DNA of 64,000 nt from Trichoplax sp. H2 (taxonomy: Eukaryota), in NCBI GenBank assembly GCA_003344405.1, contig NOWV01000002.1, positions 1,364,001 to 1,428,000 of the forward strand. The letters run 5' to 3'. The notes beneath the pieces are model-generated. The model saw only the letters and a program-made list of their open reading frames with translations. It searched no databases and was not told the origin of the DNA. Positions 50,301 to 63,432 of this stretch are shown here, one piece after another; position 1 is the first letter of the stretch, and every line of letters starts with the position of its first letter. A program made the position numbers and the translations under genes.

Positions 50301-53115
50301 ATGTATATTAATTTATTTTTGATACTGTTAATATTGCGACTTACAGAAATTGGTAGTATTAAATTTTGCTTAGATAATAGATGGTATCTAAGGGTGCGAT
50401 AATCAACGCGTGGAATGATCCTGAATTTATAAACTGATATCAATAATATGTAAATTTAAAATGACTTTAATTTAATGTTGCAATATTTATCAATTAGGAA
50501 CCTCCATTTGTCATGATAGATGATGAAACAGGGAAACCTGTAGGAGTTATGATCGAATTACTGAAAAAGTTAAGTTTGGAATTAGGCTTTACGTACACAA
50601 TAGAGTACCAAGATGATGGTCAATATGGAAGAACAAATTTGACTGCTGATGGCTTACGAGGGACTCATATGATCGGTAAAATAGTACGAAGAGTAAGTTA
50701 AAAGCCTGAAATTAACTATATTTAGTGCTATAGCGATAGCTATCGTTCGGAATATTCTAGCTGCTAGTGCCGTTCGTAGAGATCTTTGATCGTATAGGAA
50801 TTCACTATGATAACTTAAAATGACGTTACCCTATATAGACTGGGAATGCTATATAAGCTATGTTTTATTCCAATAGTAATAAAAATTATGTCACTTAGGA
50901 AGTGGATCTTGCGCTTGTACCATTATCGATTACTGCAGAACTACAAGAACACATGGATTTTACAGTATCTGTTATGGAAAAAGGCATAAAAATATTACTT
51001 AATAAACCAAAATATCAGCCAATATCGATTGATCAATGTTTTACTCCCTTAAAGCCAATGGTTTGGTTCATGATCGCGGCCGCGTTGCTGTTAGTATCTG
51101 TAACAGTTACTTTTCAACATTATTTTAACCCGGCCGAATATACGAATCAACATTTAGATTCATTAATACCTGCAAGCTTTGACTATAGCCATCTACCCCC
51201 TGAAGAAGTCATTCACCAATGGGAAGATAGTTCTAAAGAAGTTTTACAAGCTTTAAACCTTGTCAATAGTATTTGGAATTCACTGGCTGCATTTTTACAA
51301 CAAGGAAGCGACGTTACACCAAGGTCTTTTCCGTCACGATTAGTTACAGCAGTATGGTGGCTATCATGCACCATTATTATATCCACTTATACGGCCAATT
51401 TAGCAGCATTTCTGACGATCAATAGACTAACTCCAGGTGAATATTTGATTGCAGTAATGGCGCAAACACCTGCATATATATATATCCACAATTAAAATTT
51501 TTTTTTTAATTCATTATATTAATTCATTGCTTAAATTAATTGCTCTGATAGATACATGATAGTTGTAGTAAGTAATCACTTTAAATATCGAGCTATCTAG
51601 GTTAAGTATTCTACCTATATAGCTATTGAAATTAGAATAAAGGCTTCCATTAGCAATAAATTTGATACCATAGGGTAATCCTGTATGTGGAAATACACGT
51701 GAAAATGGCATAAACTAAAAAATAAATTTTTATTAAAATTTCTCGTTATTTTAAATTAATAGCGTTCTTTATCTTTGTTTTAGAAATTACCTCTTTAGTA
51801 CAATTGTCTCAGCAGTACACAATAAAATATGGCGTCCTTAAAGAAGGAAGCACTAACAACTATTTTAACACATTAAAGAGCTCGCCTTATGCCGATATGA
51901 AACCATACCTTCACTTGTTTAATAATATTACTGAGGGAATCAAGGCTGTTAAGCACGGTAAATTTGCTTTTATAGCTGATTCAACTATATTAAGCTATCA
52001 TGTCGCTCGAGATTGTTCGATCATGACTGTTGGTGCAGAAGCTCTTATCGTGGGTCATGGTTTGGGTTTACCGCTTAATTCACCTTATACCAAGCAACTA
52101 TCAGAAGCTATATTAAAGCTTCGAATGAATGGTTTTATAAAAGATAAATTAAAGATCTGGCTCAAGTATGATCATTTGTACATGTAGCCGCTAGTGAATT
52201 TAAGTAGTTTAAATTCTGTAGTAATTTTGCATTTTTATTAAGTACCATAAAATTGCTTAGACATATCTTTACTTTCGAGAGAATATACATATACTAGTTG
52301 ATATTTTTTCATATTAATGTAAATTCTTACAGATATATGCGAGCTGTGCTTTTAGCTAATAAAATTTAATGTTATCTAGGAACCGGTCTAACCCAAAATT
52401 ATGTCTTTCACCTAATTCGAACTCAAATTCTGGTTTCCAGACTATCGGGGTGGAACATTTGGCAGGTGTTTTTTTGCTAATTGGTAGTACAATCGTCGTG
52501 AGCTTTGCTATTTTAATGACGCAGTGGGTGTTCGTAGCTTACCAAGACGGCAAAAAAATTGCGCATCATAATAGGCAACAAATGGTGAGTTAGTGTAATT
52601 ATTGAAAAATGATATGTGATCGGTGTATTTTTGATTATATAGGACTAGTGTACCCAAGCGTATATAAATACCGCTGAAGATGTCTAGTGCACCCATCGCT
52701 CAATTTGCTTGTGTACCTTACTTGTACTTTTTTACTAATAATATCTACTGTAATATGCACATACACACAAACACACACACAAAATCTCTTTATATAATAT
52801 AGATACCAGGTGCTTATGATTTGATATTACCAATATCATAATTGAAAAATATACCATAGTAATTATCATTATACTAGTAAAATGCGATTGCAGTTGTCTT
52901 GAATGAAATGTTGATTAAATTAGCGATGTAATATAGCTTATGCTGTAATATATGAGTATCTGTGTTTAACATTTGCTCTACAATGGTTTTAGAATTTTAA
53001 ATACGTCTATCAAGCTCTTTATGGACGATTACATCTTATAATTAAGATCTTAAAATTACGATATATCCATCATGGTGGCATTTTACGAAGTGAGAGTAAT
53101 GGAATAAAAGTCTAA
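47364..53115 (+). CDS. Ionotropic glutamate receptor subunit (non-NMDA, AKDF-like), paralog 2; tandem duplicate with the same exon layout
   Basis: Signal peptide MASSLTFIIMIAAAVW..., GVVAVVGP, YGWKNAALL, EPPF, DGQYG, DLALVPLSITAELQEHMDFT, AFLQQG, STYTANLAAFLT, EGST, FIADSTIL, LAGVFLLI. The last exon ends NGIKV-TAA at 53115. Confidence 0.93.
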
Positions 53116-53726
53116 GAGGAATATCATTATTCATATCATTTGCGCTGTTATGCAACAGAATTCGATATTTGAGTCTCAATTGATGAAAGATTAGATGAAG
53201 TGAAAGTCAATATTAGAAACTAAAACATAGATCAAATGATTACGATAATTCACATATGCAGAATGTTATAAATAAAATAAAAAATTAAGAGGATCAATAT
53301 TCTTCTAGAAAACTAAATTGTCAATAAATTCACTTCTATTCATAGTAATTTATTATAGATCGTGAAGCAATGATGTAGGCAATTTTTTACTGATAAGCTG
53401 CAAACAAATTTATTGCTAAAGAAGTCTTATAATAGCAGTTAGCTTGATTTAAAAGTAATATAATACAAAATATATTAATAATTAATCGCTATTTCTAAAG
53501 AATACCATAATACCGTTGCAAGACACAAAGATTATTGATTTATAGTATGTCAAAGCTATGCTCCTTTTATTATGTGATAGAGCAAATAATTGATGCATAT
53601 TTAGTTTTAAAGATATTCAAATATTTGATTAAATACTATGCTTCTAGTCTACAGTTGCTGCCAACGTATGGATTACTTTGTAGCTATTTACAATGATGTT
53701 CTACATTTAGCAGAATTAAAATGGAT

Positions 53727-56118
53727 TTATTCAACAACTTTGATCAAATGAGCTGATTTACTAATAGCTCCAGCTGTTTTTCTACTCTTACTATCGAGGG
53801 CCTTTTTAGATACAGCTGAACGTTTTTTGGATAATACGTCGCCATGTGGTGTAAGTATACTGTCACTATGGCGTTCAACCTTAACTTTCGCTGCTGGGTT
53901 TGGTAGTTGATTTCGCGTCGCTAACGCAGCTTTTATCGTCGCTTTATTCTGGTTGTTAGTTTCTTTACTACGGTTATTTAAGTCAGTCACTAAATGTGGT
54001 TGCGCTGGCACATCGTTTGGTTGATGTATTTGCAAAGTCCGATTCTGTGTCCATTGTGAGACACTGTCCATGAACTCTTTGCTTATAGCTATACCAGGTT
54101 GAACATTATCACGATCAGGAGAAGCTTCTTCTTCTGAAGCCATAGCTGCTTCTTGGAACATGGTCATTGCCTCTAAATTTAATGCACAAACGCCACGCAT
54201 AAAAGCTTTTTTCATCGTTTCTTCATAATGTTGTCTTTCCTTTTGCATTCGAGCAATTTCAGCTCTAGAGTCTTCATATTTCCTAGATAGCTAAAATAAA
54301 TAAATGTAATATTGAAAAATTTGACGTGAAATCTCTTTTTACTTGCGATACATCTGCATGATTGATAAAATCAGGCTACATCGATGGACATTGGTCTTAC
54401 TGCGGCTAACTTTTGTTCATATTCTTCTGTTAAAGCCATACATACTTCTTGTGCCCTAGCCTGTCGATTACATTAGTATTGAATTTATAAATGAACGATG
54501 TATTTGAATATGGCGATGATTTATTAACAATATAAATACTGAGATCTACTTCAGTTATAAGTACCTGGCAAGACTTTTCTACTCGCTGTCTCCATTTAGC
54601 TTCTACAACTCCATGCCATGCAACCCATGCACGTCCCGCGATAGTTCGACGATAATGTTTAGTAGCTAACTTAGTAGCAAATGCTTCGCGCTTTTTATCA
54701 AATAAGTGCAATTTCCATTTGCAAAATTGTTGAGATAATGCTAAGCGTTCACGCTGTGAAATGAGAGAAAGGAAATTGTTTTAATAGATATTTATTTTTG
54801 CGGTGATAGTTCTATGTACGATCTATACTTATAGTGTCTACTACATATTCTTTGATTGCTGAAGTCATGCCACAATTTGATAAATTTTACTAAGGCTATA
54901 ATTTTTATTCTTACTGACCTGTTTCTCTAATGCCTTGGTTAGATCGGATACAACACAGTCTTTTCTCTGTATTGAGTGTTCGTATGTGGATAATAATTCT
55001 TTTAAACTTTCAATCTCGCTGTTATATTTTTCTATTTCAATCACATGTCTGTTTGTAATTCAGATTATTATATTAGTTAACTTTAACTAGAGAAATTATT
55101 TTATACTTAATTGTACGATTAAACTACGTATCATGAACGTTATATACCTTTCTTTTTCCTCTTTGATCAACTCTTTATACTTACTTATAAGTCCTAGTTT
55201 AGATTGAGTGAATTCAGCCTGGAAAGATAGGTAAAAATCTTAGAATTTACTAGATAGACTTAATGAAATATGCTCTAGCTTAAATGATTTATAAGATCAG
55301 TATGATAGCCTATTAATATTCGTACCAATATATTTCTTTTAAAGTCAAGACTCCAAGAATTCATTTGATTTTCTAATCTAGCTAAATCTGCATCAATTGA
55401 TGGTGATTGCGCTTGACTTAGATTAGATAGTATCGAATTCTGACTATTTTCGCTATCTTCATCGCTGATTACTGTGACGAAACTCTTTTTAACACGTAAA
55501 TTTTGTTCTAGAAGCAATAGAAATAATATTCCTCAGGCTTACATTCTTCGCAAATGTTATTGACAATTTCTTGTATGTTGCTATCGATCCATTTTTTAAA
55601 TGGGGTAATTTTAAAATAAGCTTGATTTTTACCCTCGTCTTCATCTTCAGGATCTACGAAGTGGCGAATAACAGTTTCTTTTGGTGATGTATGATACCGT
55701 ATATTTGTCATCTTTTCTGCAAGATTACTCTTGTCTTCTTGCTTATCATCGCTAGCCAATAAAAATTATGTGGTTAATCATCACTTGAACATAATATCTA
55801 CCATTCATTTATCATAGGGTAAAACTGCATTGCCACGATAATAATTGAAATCGTACAGCATATAACAAATTACTACGGAGTAGAGATGATAAACTTGTTG
55901 ATATTTGAATATACAAAAAGACAGCTAGTATCCTATCTAGCATACATTAATCCGTTGCTTTTATGAACTAACGGTACATTAGGGGTAACAACAGCATAGC
56001 GCAATAGTTCATCATATTCTTCTTGTAAGCGCGAAGAAACAGAACTTCCAGCACTATCTTCTGGTAGTAGAACGCTAGAAGATAGTTCATCGCTGCTATT
56101 TCCATCGGCAGCAGCCAT
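53727..56118 (-). CDS. POC5: Centrosomal protein POC5 (centrin-binding); multi-exon
   Basis: N-terminal [22 protein letters not shown], Sfi1-like centrin-binding segment ([34 protein letters not shown]) and the diagnostic [24 protein letters not shown]. Confidence 0.9.
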
Positions 56119-56140
56119 ATTTGAATCATTTAAACTTTAA

Positions 56141-56196
56141 CGATTGGCCCAAGCTAAGTCAACCGTTGCTATAGTATTTAGGTACTTAGTCACGTG
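56141..56196. promoter_or_regulatory. POC5 proximal promoter: CCAAT box (56143-56147), X-box-like RFX site GTTGCTATAGTATT (56165-56178), E-box CACGTG (56191-56196)
   Basis: Motifs lie within 80 bp of the ATG. RFX X-boxes are typical of ciliary/centriolar gene promoters, but the second half-site is imperfect. Confidence 0.4.
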
Positions 56197-56273
56197 TCTT
56201 AAGCCTAGTTAATTACCCGCGCAAAGTTCTCATCTATTGTTTATTTATACTGTACAAGTTGGAGGATTACCTT

Positions 56274-57262
56274 GAGCTTTAGAATAGGAATAGAAATATT
56301 GGCATTATTTAGTGCTATATGATGCCTTATACTATAATTATACTCGATTTAAGGTGTATCTTGGCACTTTCTTGCCTCCGTATTCGTTAACGAAGTATCA
56401 AAAAATTGCTATATAGCTGCGATATAATTAGTATATTGCGGTAAAAACTAAATGTTCTAAGTACTACAATTTTATAAAAGTATTTGTAGCGGCCTATATG
56501 GTTAGAATAAGTTTTACTAATAGGATTATCTTAAGCTTTAAAATAGGAACATTGGCATTGTTTAGTACTATATAAAACTTTATACTATGACTGTACTCGA
56601 TTCAGTACGTATCTGGATACTTTCTTGCCTCCGTACTCGTTCAAGAAGAATTAGCAAATTGCTATATAGCTGCGATATGATATATTGCGGCGATAACTAA
56701 ATGTTCTGAGTACTATAATGCTATAAAAGTATTCGCTACAGCCTATATAGTTAGAATAAGTTTTACGAATAGGAGGATTTTAGAACTTTAAAACGGGAAT
56801 ATTGGTTTCGTTTGGTACTATATAATACTTTACTTTATACTGTGACTATACTCGATTCAGTGCGTATCTGGATACTTCCTTGCCTCCGTACTCTTTAAAG
56901 AAGTATTGGCAAATTGCTAAACAATTGGGATATAATCTATCATGGTAATATCTAAATGTTCTAAGCACTACAACGTTGTAAAGTATTCGTCACGGCTTAT
57001 ACAGTTAGAATATGTTTTACGAATTGGAGAATATTTTGAGCTTTAGAATAGAAATATTGGCATTGTTTTGTGCTACATGACACTTTATAATTTAACCACA
57101 CTCGATTTAGTGTGTATCTAGACACTTACTTCCCTCTGTACTCATTAAAAAGTAATAAAAAATAGCCATACAACTGAGATACAATGTATCGCAGCAATAA
57201 CCAAATGTTCTTAGTATTAAATTGCTATAAGAATATTCGTTGCAAGCTATACAGTTAGAAAA
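56274..57262. repeat. Diverged ~255-bp tandem repeat, about 4 copies
   Basis: Anchors GCTTTA(G/A)AATAGGAA..ATTGGCATT, ACTCGATT, CTTGCCTCCGTA, AAATGTTCT and GTTAGAATAAGTTTTAC recur, with units starting near 56274, 56534, 56784 and 57038. Confidence 0.9.
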
Positions 57263-58323
57263 GTTGTATAATGTACTCGTAAGGTTAAATATTATGGGCA
57301 ACCCGAAATTTAGTAGTATTCCGAACTGTTAGAATATACAGTAAGTGTGATCGCATTCCTCAACGTTGAATATATGCATTAAAGCTAGGTTATTATTCTA
57401 GATTTTAATCTACCCTCAGGTTAGTTAGTGGTAGTGAAATAGTTGATCATATATATGATATCGTGCTTTTGCATAGTATAGGAGATATAAGGGCAGTACA
57501 TGTAAGTCTTAAATACGAATGTAGCAGCGAAGCTATCATGACAAATGCTAATATTCATGCCGAGTAGTAAAAGCAACAAATCACTTAAATGTAGGGCAGA
57601 ATGGACAACATTTTATGCAGAGGGTTGTACAATTTTGATTGAATAGTACCTGGTATTATTGATTCTTATCCTCGCTTTGATTAATTAGTAAAGTAATCGA
57701 TTAATTAAGCTAACTGTATCACGTAAATAACTAAGATGGTGACTGCCAAAGCTTAGAGCTATTACAGATTGTGCGGTGCAAGATAAGGATCGCACCCTAT
57801 CTTGAGTACTATAATCTATCCCACTAATGTAGGGAAAGGTTAACAGTTTTTCCAGTAGCTTTAAACATGAATATAGCAGCTATATTGTCTTTCTTGACCG
57901 CAATTTTATTTCAGATTATTATCTATATTATTTGGTTCTACATTTGAGGTACTAAATAGTATTAGAACCTGTTAATATGTCTATTACAATACTCAATATG
58001 CTGAATAAAATTATGCCTTAAGTTATACGAACTTTACATGCGTATAACTATTCGTATTTATACTATTGATATTCGTGGCAATGAAATAGTCTTGTTTCAT
58101 TTTATCAATGAAATTTTTTCTTACTATTACTGTGAATCTTTACTAGCATGAGCATGCTATCTCTCCGTTCACATAATTTTTTAAACTCTAGGAATTATTT
58201 ACACTATGAACATCAAAACAATGTCTTATTAAACTTAAAACCTGATAATTTATTTTTTGTCTACATTAGTGAATAAAAGCGTACTATGAGCACTCATATT
58301 CTATTTCTAAGTAATAAATACCT

Positions 58324-61300
58324 TTACAGCATATACACTACTTCATCCCGCTGCAGCTTTTCTCCGCTACTTATTTCTATATCAAGTGAATTATTATTCG
58401 ATATTTCATCACTAACATTACTAGGTTCTAGAACTGAGGTTTTGTGATCTAGCTCGATATCTTTGTTAGAGGTTTGGATAGTAACTGGTATTTCATCAGC
58501 CTTCTGGCCATGGTTTTGCTGCTGTTTGTCATCGTGCTTTTCTATTAAGACGGAACTATCAGGGGATGTTCTATAGTTTTCAATGCTGCTATGATCAATT
58601 TCGATTTTAGCGGAAGTCAAGTGTTCCTGTTCAGGGTTTTGATCGTCTAACTGATTAGCCTTATTTTTGTCTTCAGCAGAGCCTGCAAAATCCATTGCCT
58701 GTGGGTTGTTTATATTCATATTTTCTTTCTGTCCACTATCAATAGTATTGAAATTACTGGGATTAGCTTTCTCTAACAGAGAATTCACGGATAGTCGTTT
58801 TTTTCTCACGGCTGCTTTGCTATCTTCTTTCTTCTCTAATTCTTCTATTTCTTTTAATTCTTCTAAGTACTGAGTGCGTAATTTGCTCAAATATTTGTTA
58901 CGAATTAATCGTACTGCTAAATGCCAGTGATTAAAAGCCTTCTTATTTTGAATCTTATAATTGGATTGCTTTGGATTTTGCATGGAATATCTATCTTCTA
59001 TCTCCGTTGCTAGAGATTTTAGACGATACTTAATTTAATATTTTAATCATTTTTCTTACAAAATGATTGCAGTCTCACCTGAATGAGGAGTATCCATAGC
59101 AGCAACACATTGATCGAATTCCTTGTTTAGCAGAATTTCGCAAAATGTTATAAGGACTGGATGGCAATGAAGATGTTCAACATATAAAAATCCTAAATAG
59201 CTATTGAATCCTAAATTGATTTTAAAGTTGAACGTGAGACTATTAGCAAAAGATGTTTATATTTATTCGTAATTAAGGAGTTATTAACCTGAATCAAACA
59301 TCTGAAATGGCATCATCAATAAACTGTAGTCCATTCTTGGTAATAATATTAATCCAAGTATAGCTGCTTTGCCAATACGAAATAAGCAGGAAAATAGACC
59401 ACACATGACATTGTAGAAGAAAATAAAGTAGGCAAAGTTATGGAAAAGTCGCCTACAGAAAAGAGCGATTGATTATATGATGAGAATTCACAAATATGCT
59501 CTTTTTGGCCAAAAATTGAGATTGGAAATGAAGTACCTGTTGTTTATACCATATGCTTTACCATATTCTAGGCTTAAGGCGTACTTACTAACCAAAAGCT
59601 GACTGAAGCTGACAATAAGCGCACAAGAAGCAATTGGTCTGTTTATAAATTTGTGAAATGAAAGTTAGCAATCGTTTTAGTAAGATTAGTAACGATATTG
59701 CTCTAATGATAATTAATAAGGTAATGAATTCTTTGCCTAACATTACAAATTCGAGAAACCAAGTACTAGCAGTTCCCGCCAATGGATGAATGATGCAATA
59801 AATGACAAACATGATTGTAAGGAAAATAATTATTTGGATGATGGCGAATGCTAAAGATGTATAAAGTAAATTTTAGTCTTCCAACCTTATCGTATCGTGA
59901 TTATAAAAAAATTATAGATCAACAATATTTACCCCATATCATATAGGAAATTTGATAGCCACAGTAGCAAATACTTGATCTCTAAACGATCGTAATATAA
60001 AAGTTACAGACTTAAATGCTATTATTAGATAAAGAATAAATCGGAATATAAATATTGTAGACTTCAATTCTATTTACTAGACAAGAAATTAATCAATAAG
60101 CGATGTTGAATGTAGAAAGATGTCATAAACTTACAAGAATACTGCCGAAAGAAGTAAAAGTGTCTACTGGAAGCATTGTTTTATCACCTCGATATAATTT
60201 CAGTTTATTCGTTCTGTTTGAAGTATAAAAATTAAATGTGAACATAAAAAGCGCTCACAAATTATGAATAGCAATAGTCAGTTTTAATTCTTAAAGAAAA
60301 GGACGTATTACAATAGTTTCAGTGTCAAATATTAATATTTTTCATAGCTATAATTTCAAATTGACTTTTACAGTATTCTGTATATGGAGGATATTACTTT
60401 ACCTGTAGCGTATAAACATGGAAATCAAATAAATAGTATTTAAACAGCAGGACAGAATAATCCCTACTATCCATGCATCTATATTTAAAATAAATATGAT
60501 TTATATATAGTTAACGACTGGAAAGAATTATTAATTCATTAAATGTATACGTATAATAACTTAGCATCTTACGTTTGCCGTTATATACAAACTGTAGGCT
60601 GCTTGCGTCGGAGACATTAAGAAGCAGTCTTAGGCCACGTGCATTTCTTCGAACCCAAAGTTCCATGGAACCAAAAATATTTGTTGTTATGTAACTATAA
60701 ACCATTGTAAGCTGAATCATTTACAAAATGTTAGTTTTAATTATTTGCCTAAAAATTACGACAGTATTATCAGCAAGTAATACATCGTCTGATTAGAAAA
60801 ACTATCCAACCTCATAAAGAGCGATTGCAGTAACAACGAAAGTACAGATTATCTTGGGTGGATATTTGAAATCTATCATTAGTTGAAAGTATATTATATG
60901 TATTAATGCAAACATTTTCTAGCTCTATTTATCATCTTGAGTATACTAAATGCAGAAGAAATAATAATAGATTGCCGTAATATTATTCATTTCTAAACTG
61001 CAGCAATTGTAAACTAGACAAAGAGCAGTATAGATCAATTTTTCATCTGGATTAACTTACGTGGAATTGATTTATAAAGGAATCTATTGCAAAAAGTTTT
61101 TACGGAGTTAGGCTTCTGTATTTGTTCAGGTTCCTTATTACTAAATTAAATACATGAAGGCCGCATGCGGCAATTATGTAGTTTAATTATTTCAATATAA
61201 CGAGGTCTTCTCTGCAGTAATATTGAATTTAGGCGACATAGAAGTAATGGTATGATTATGATTAGCACTGCTATAAAATTACCTTTTTCGATTACTAAAC

Positions 61301-63432
61301 AAGTGTTTAACATGCTTATACTGAAACTTTTGTAGTAAAATAGGTGGATAGGGCTCCTTATAAGAAGTATTAAGCAAGAATAATTTTAAAATATTTGTTC
61401 ATTACGAGCTCACGTTTACTAAATCTGAATAATTAAACTTTATCAGACTAGCACTCTAAACCTAGCTTTGACTATAATAGTAGGAAATTAATTAGATAAT
61501 TCAGGCTTTCTACCGAATTGCTTTGCTTTCTTTTACTTCGGGCATAAATTTCAATACCCAATAAATATCCAAAGCGACATTGCAGCCATGTCAAGCATAT
61601 AAAAATTGGCACATTGAACAGTATATTCGAGTAATCTCCTAGAAACTATACGAATATATGCAAATTACAGCCGTTAAAAATTGTAAAAAAAAGGTGTAAT
61701 CATCACAGTATTCGCTGAGAAATGTAACGTTGGAATGAATTATACACTATAGATAATTATATATAATCTGCTGCTTTAGCTTGGGATTACCTTAAATGAT
61801 GGGCATTCGTATACAGCTATTACATGGAAGGTAAATCTGCATTATATCAATCGAAAAGTGATAATTAGTAAATTGATTTATTTAAATCAATATCAGTCTT
61901 AATAAGAATATTGATAGACGGATATGTAAACTATTTAAGGAGCTAGATAACATGATATGCTATCATTACATTTGAGTGTTGTAAGCGAAGCCCAGAAAGG
62001 ATCCTAACAATCGAAAATCCGTCGTTAAACAGGCAAAAAGTGGATAATAAATTAGGGTAGCGCGGATGACCACAAAGATACCAATTAAGACTATAAGGCA
62101 TCCAAAGATGTTGTCATTAGAATTATCATGCCTTGATTATGACGATTAATTCGGTATCATTGCTAATAGTACAGTAGTCTGCTGTTGTGCTATCTATGTA
62201 AATAACAAGCTTACATAATTTAAATGCCATGAAATAGAAGCTACTGCATTTGATTTAAATCTGAGTTATACCTGAGACCCAACGACTTGGATGAAATGTT
62301 TGATTACTGAAGAGTGTTAATATTGCTGTTGTGGATACGCCGAAAGCCATCGCGTAGCCGAAGCGATTTTTACCTACTTCCAGTAAGTTTACTGGACTTC
62401 AATGTAGAAAAGTTTTCATCAGTCTTATAACTCATATATAGGCTAAAAAACTTTACAGAACGATAAATTAACATGGAACGGACATATTTTAAGTTAAGGA
62501 TTTTTCCCACATTATCATCACGAACGTACTATATCAAACCAGGATAACCATGACAATATTTTCTCATATATTTTCTCTTATGCAACAAGGTTAGAACAAG
62601 GACAATTGAAGCCTGTAAACGAAATTATAAAGGGCCAGAAAGTATTATAACACACTAGTTTATTCAAATTTTTAGATAGAGTACAAGTATATTAAATATT
62701 TAAAAATATCTAATTGATAAATATTAAAGATAAAAACATTGATAACAATAGTAGATTAAAATTGTTTCGCTGCTGTTTCTAAGACTAGTACATTTAGAGG
62801 GTCATGGATGCAGAGAGATATTTGATATTTTAGACGTTAAGAATAGATGTTTAATTGATATCAAGAGAGTATTTATAAATATATTAACTATTACGATGTT
62901 GCTTATCCAGAGGGCATAATCAGATATGATCCCTGAAGAAAGTGCTAATAACCATCACTATCAAACGGTTATTGAGATTATTGTTGATGCCAAAAATTTA
63001 GAATATCAATCAGCTCATAAGAATTGCTTTACTAGAATTTAATCATCAATGAACTTAAAAATAGTGCCGAATTTATTTCAAGCTGATTATACACTTTGAT
63101 ATAGGTTTTAAACCATTCATTACAATATAATTATTTGATTGATCTGTCATTTAAATGCTATAGTAGTACTAGGCCTGTGGATAAAATTATGCCTTCAAAA
63201 TATCCCTTATAAATCGTTCAAGTAATTGCTACATTTTTATTTTAAATATATCTTTCGTAAAAATTCCTAGTATTAGTCTTTAGAGTAAGAGAAAAACTGT
63301 AGTAGTCTAAATTTAGTAGATCATTACATTTCTAATTTATTATACATTCTACTTCAACTTACCGCTACTGTAGTTTGCGCTGATATTATCACGGTGTCAT
63401 TGAGATAATCGCTACACGTGAAGTTCGATGAA
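58324..63432 (-). CDS. STRA6L: STRA6-like multi-pass membrane protein; multi-exon, start codon not located (upstream of 63432)
   Basis: Exons give LTLLHKRK...GYPGLIYPVNLLEVGKNRFGYAMAFG (~62270-62612), RRLFHNFAYFIFFYNVMCGLFSCLFRIGKAAILGLILLPRMDYSLL (~59290-59452), GFLYVEHLHCHPVLITFCEILL (~59080-59190) and KAFNHWHLAVRLIRNKYLSKLR. These are characteristic STRA6/RBPR2-family blocks. Confidence 0.85.

Noticed and set aside
52150..52380. Possible GC-AG intron in iGluR paralog 2
   Set aside because: A normal GT donor 6 nt downstream (CAA|GTATGA) preserves the phase.
55500..55640. Apparent frameshift or 35-nt intron between two POC5 ORFs
   Set aside because: The 35-nt splice would create a stop. 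An ordinary ~125-nt phase-1 intron (GAGG|GTAAAA...TTCTAG|AAC) restores the frame.
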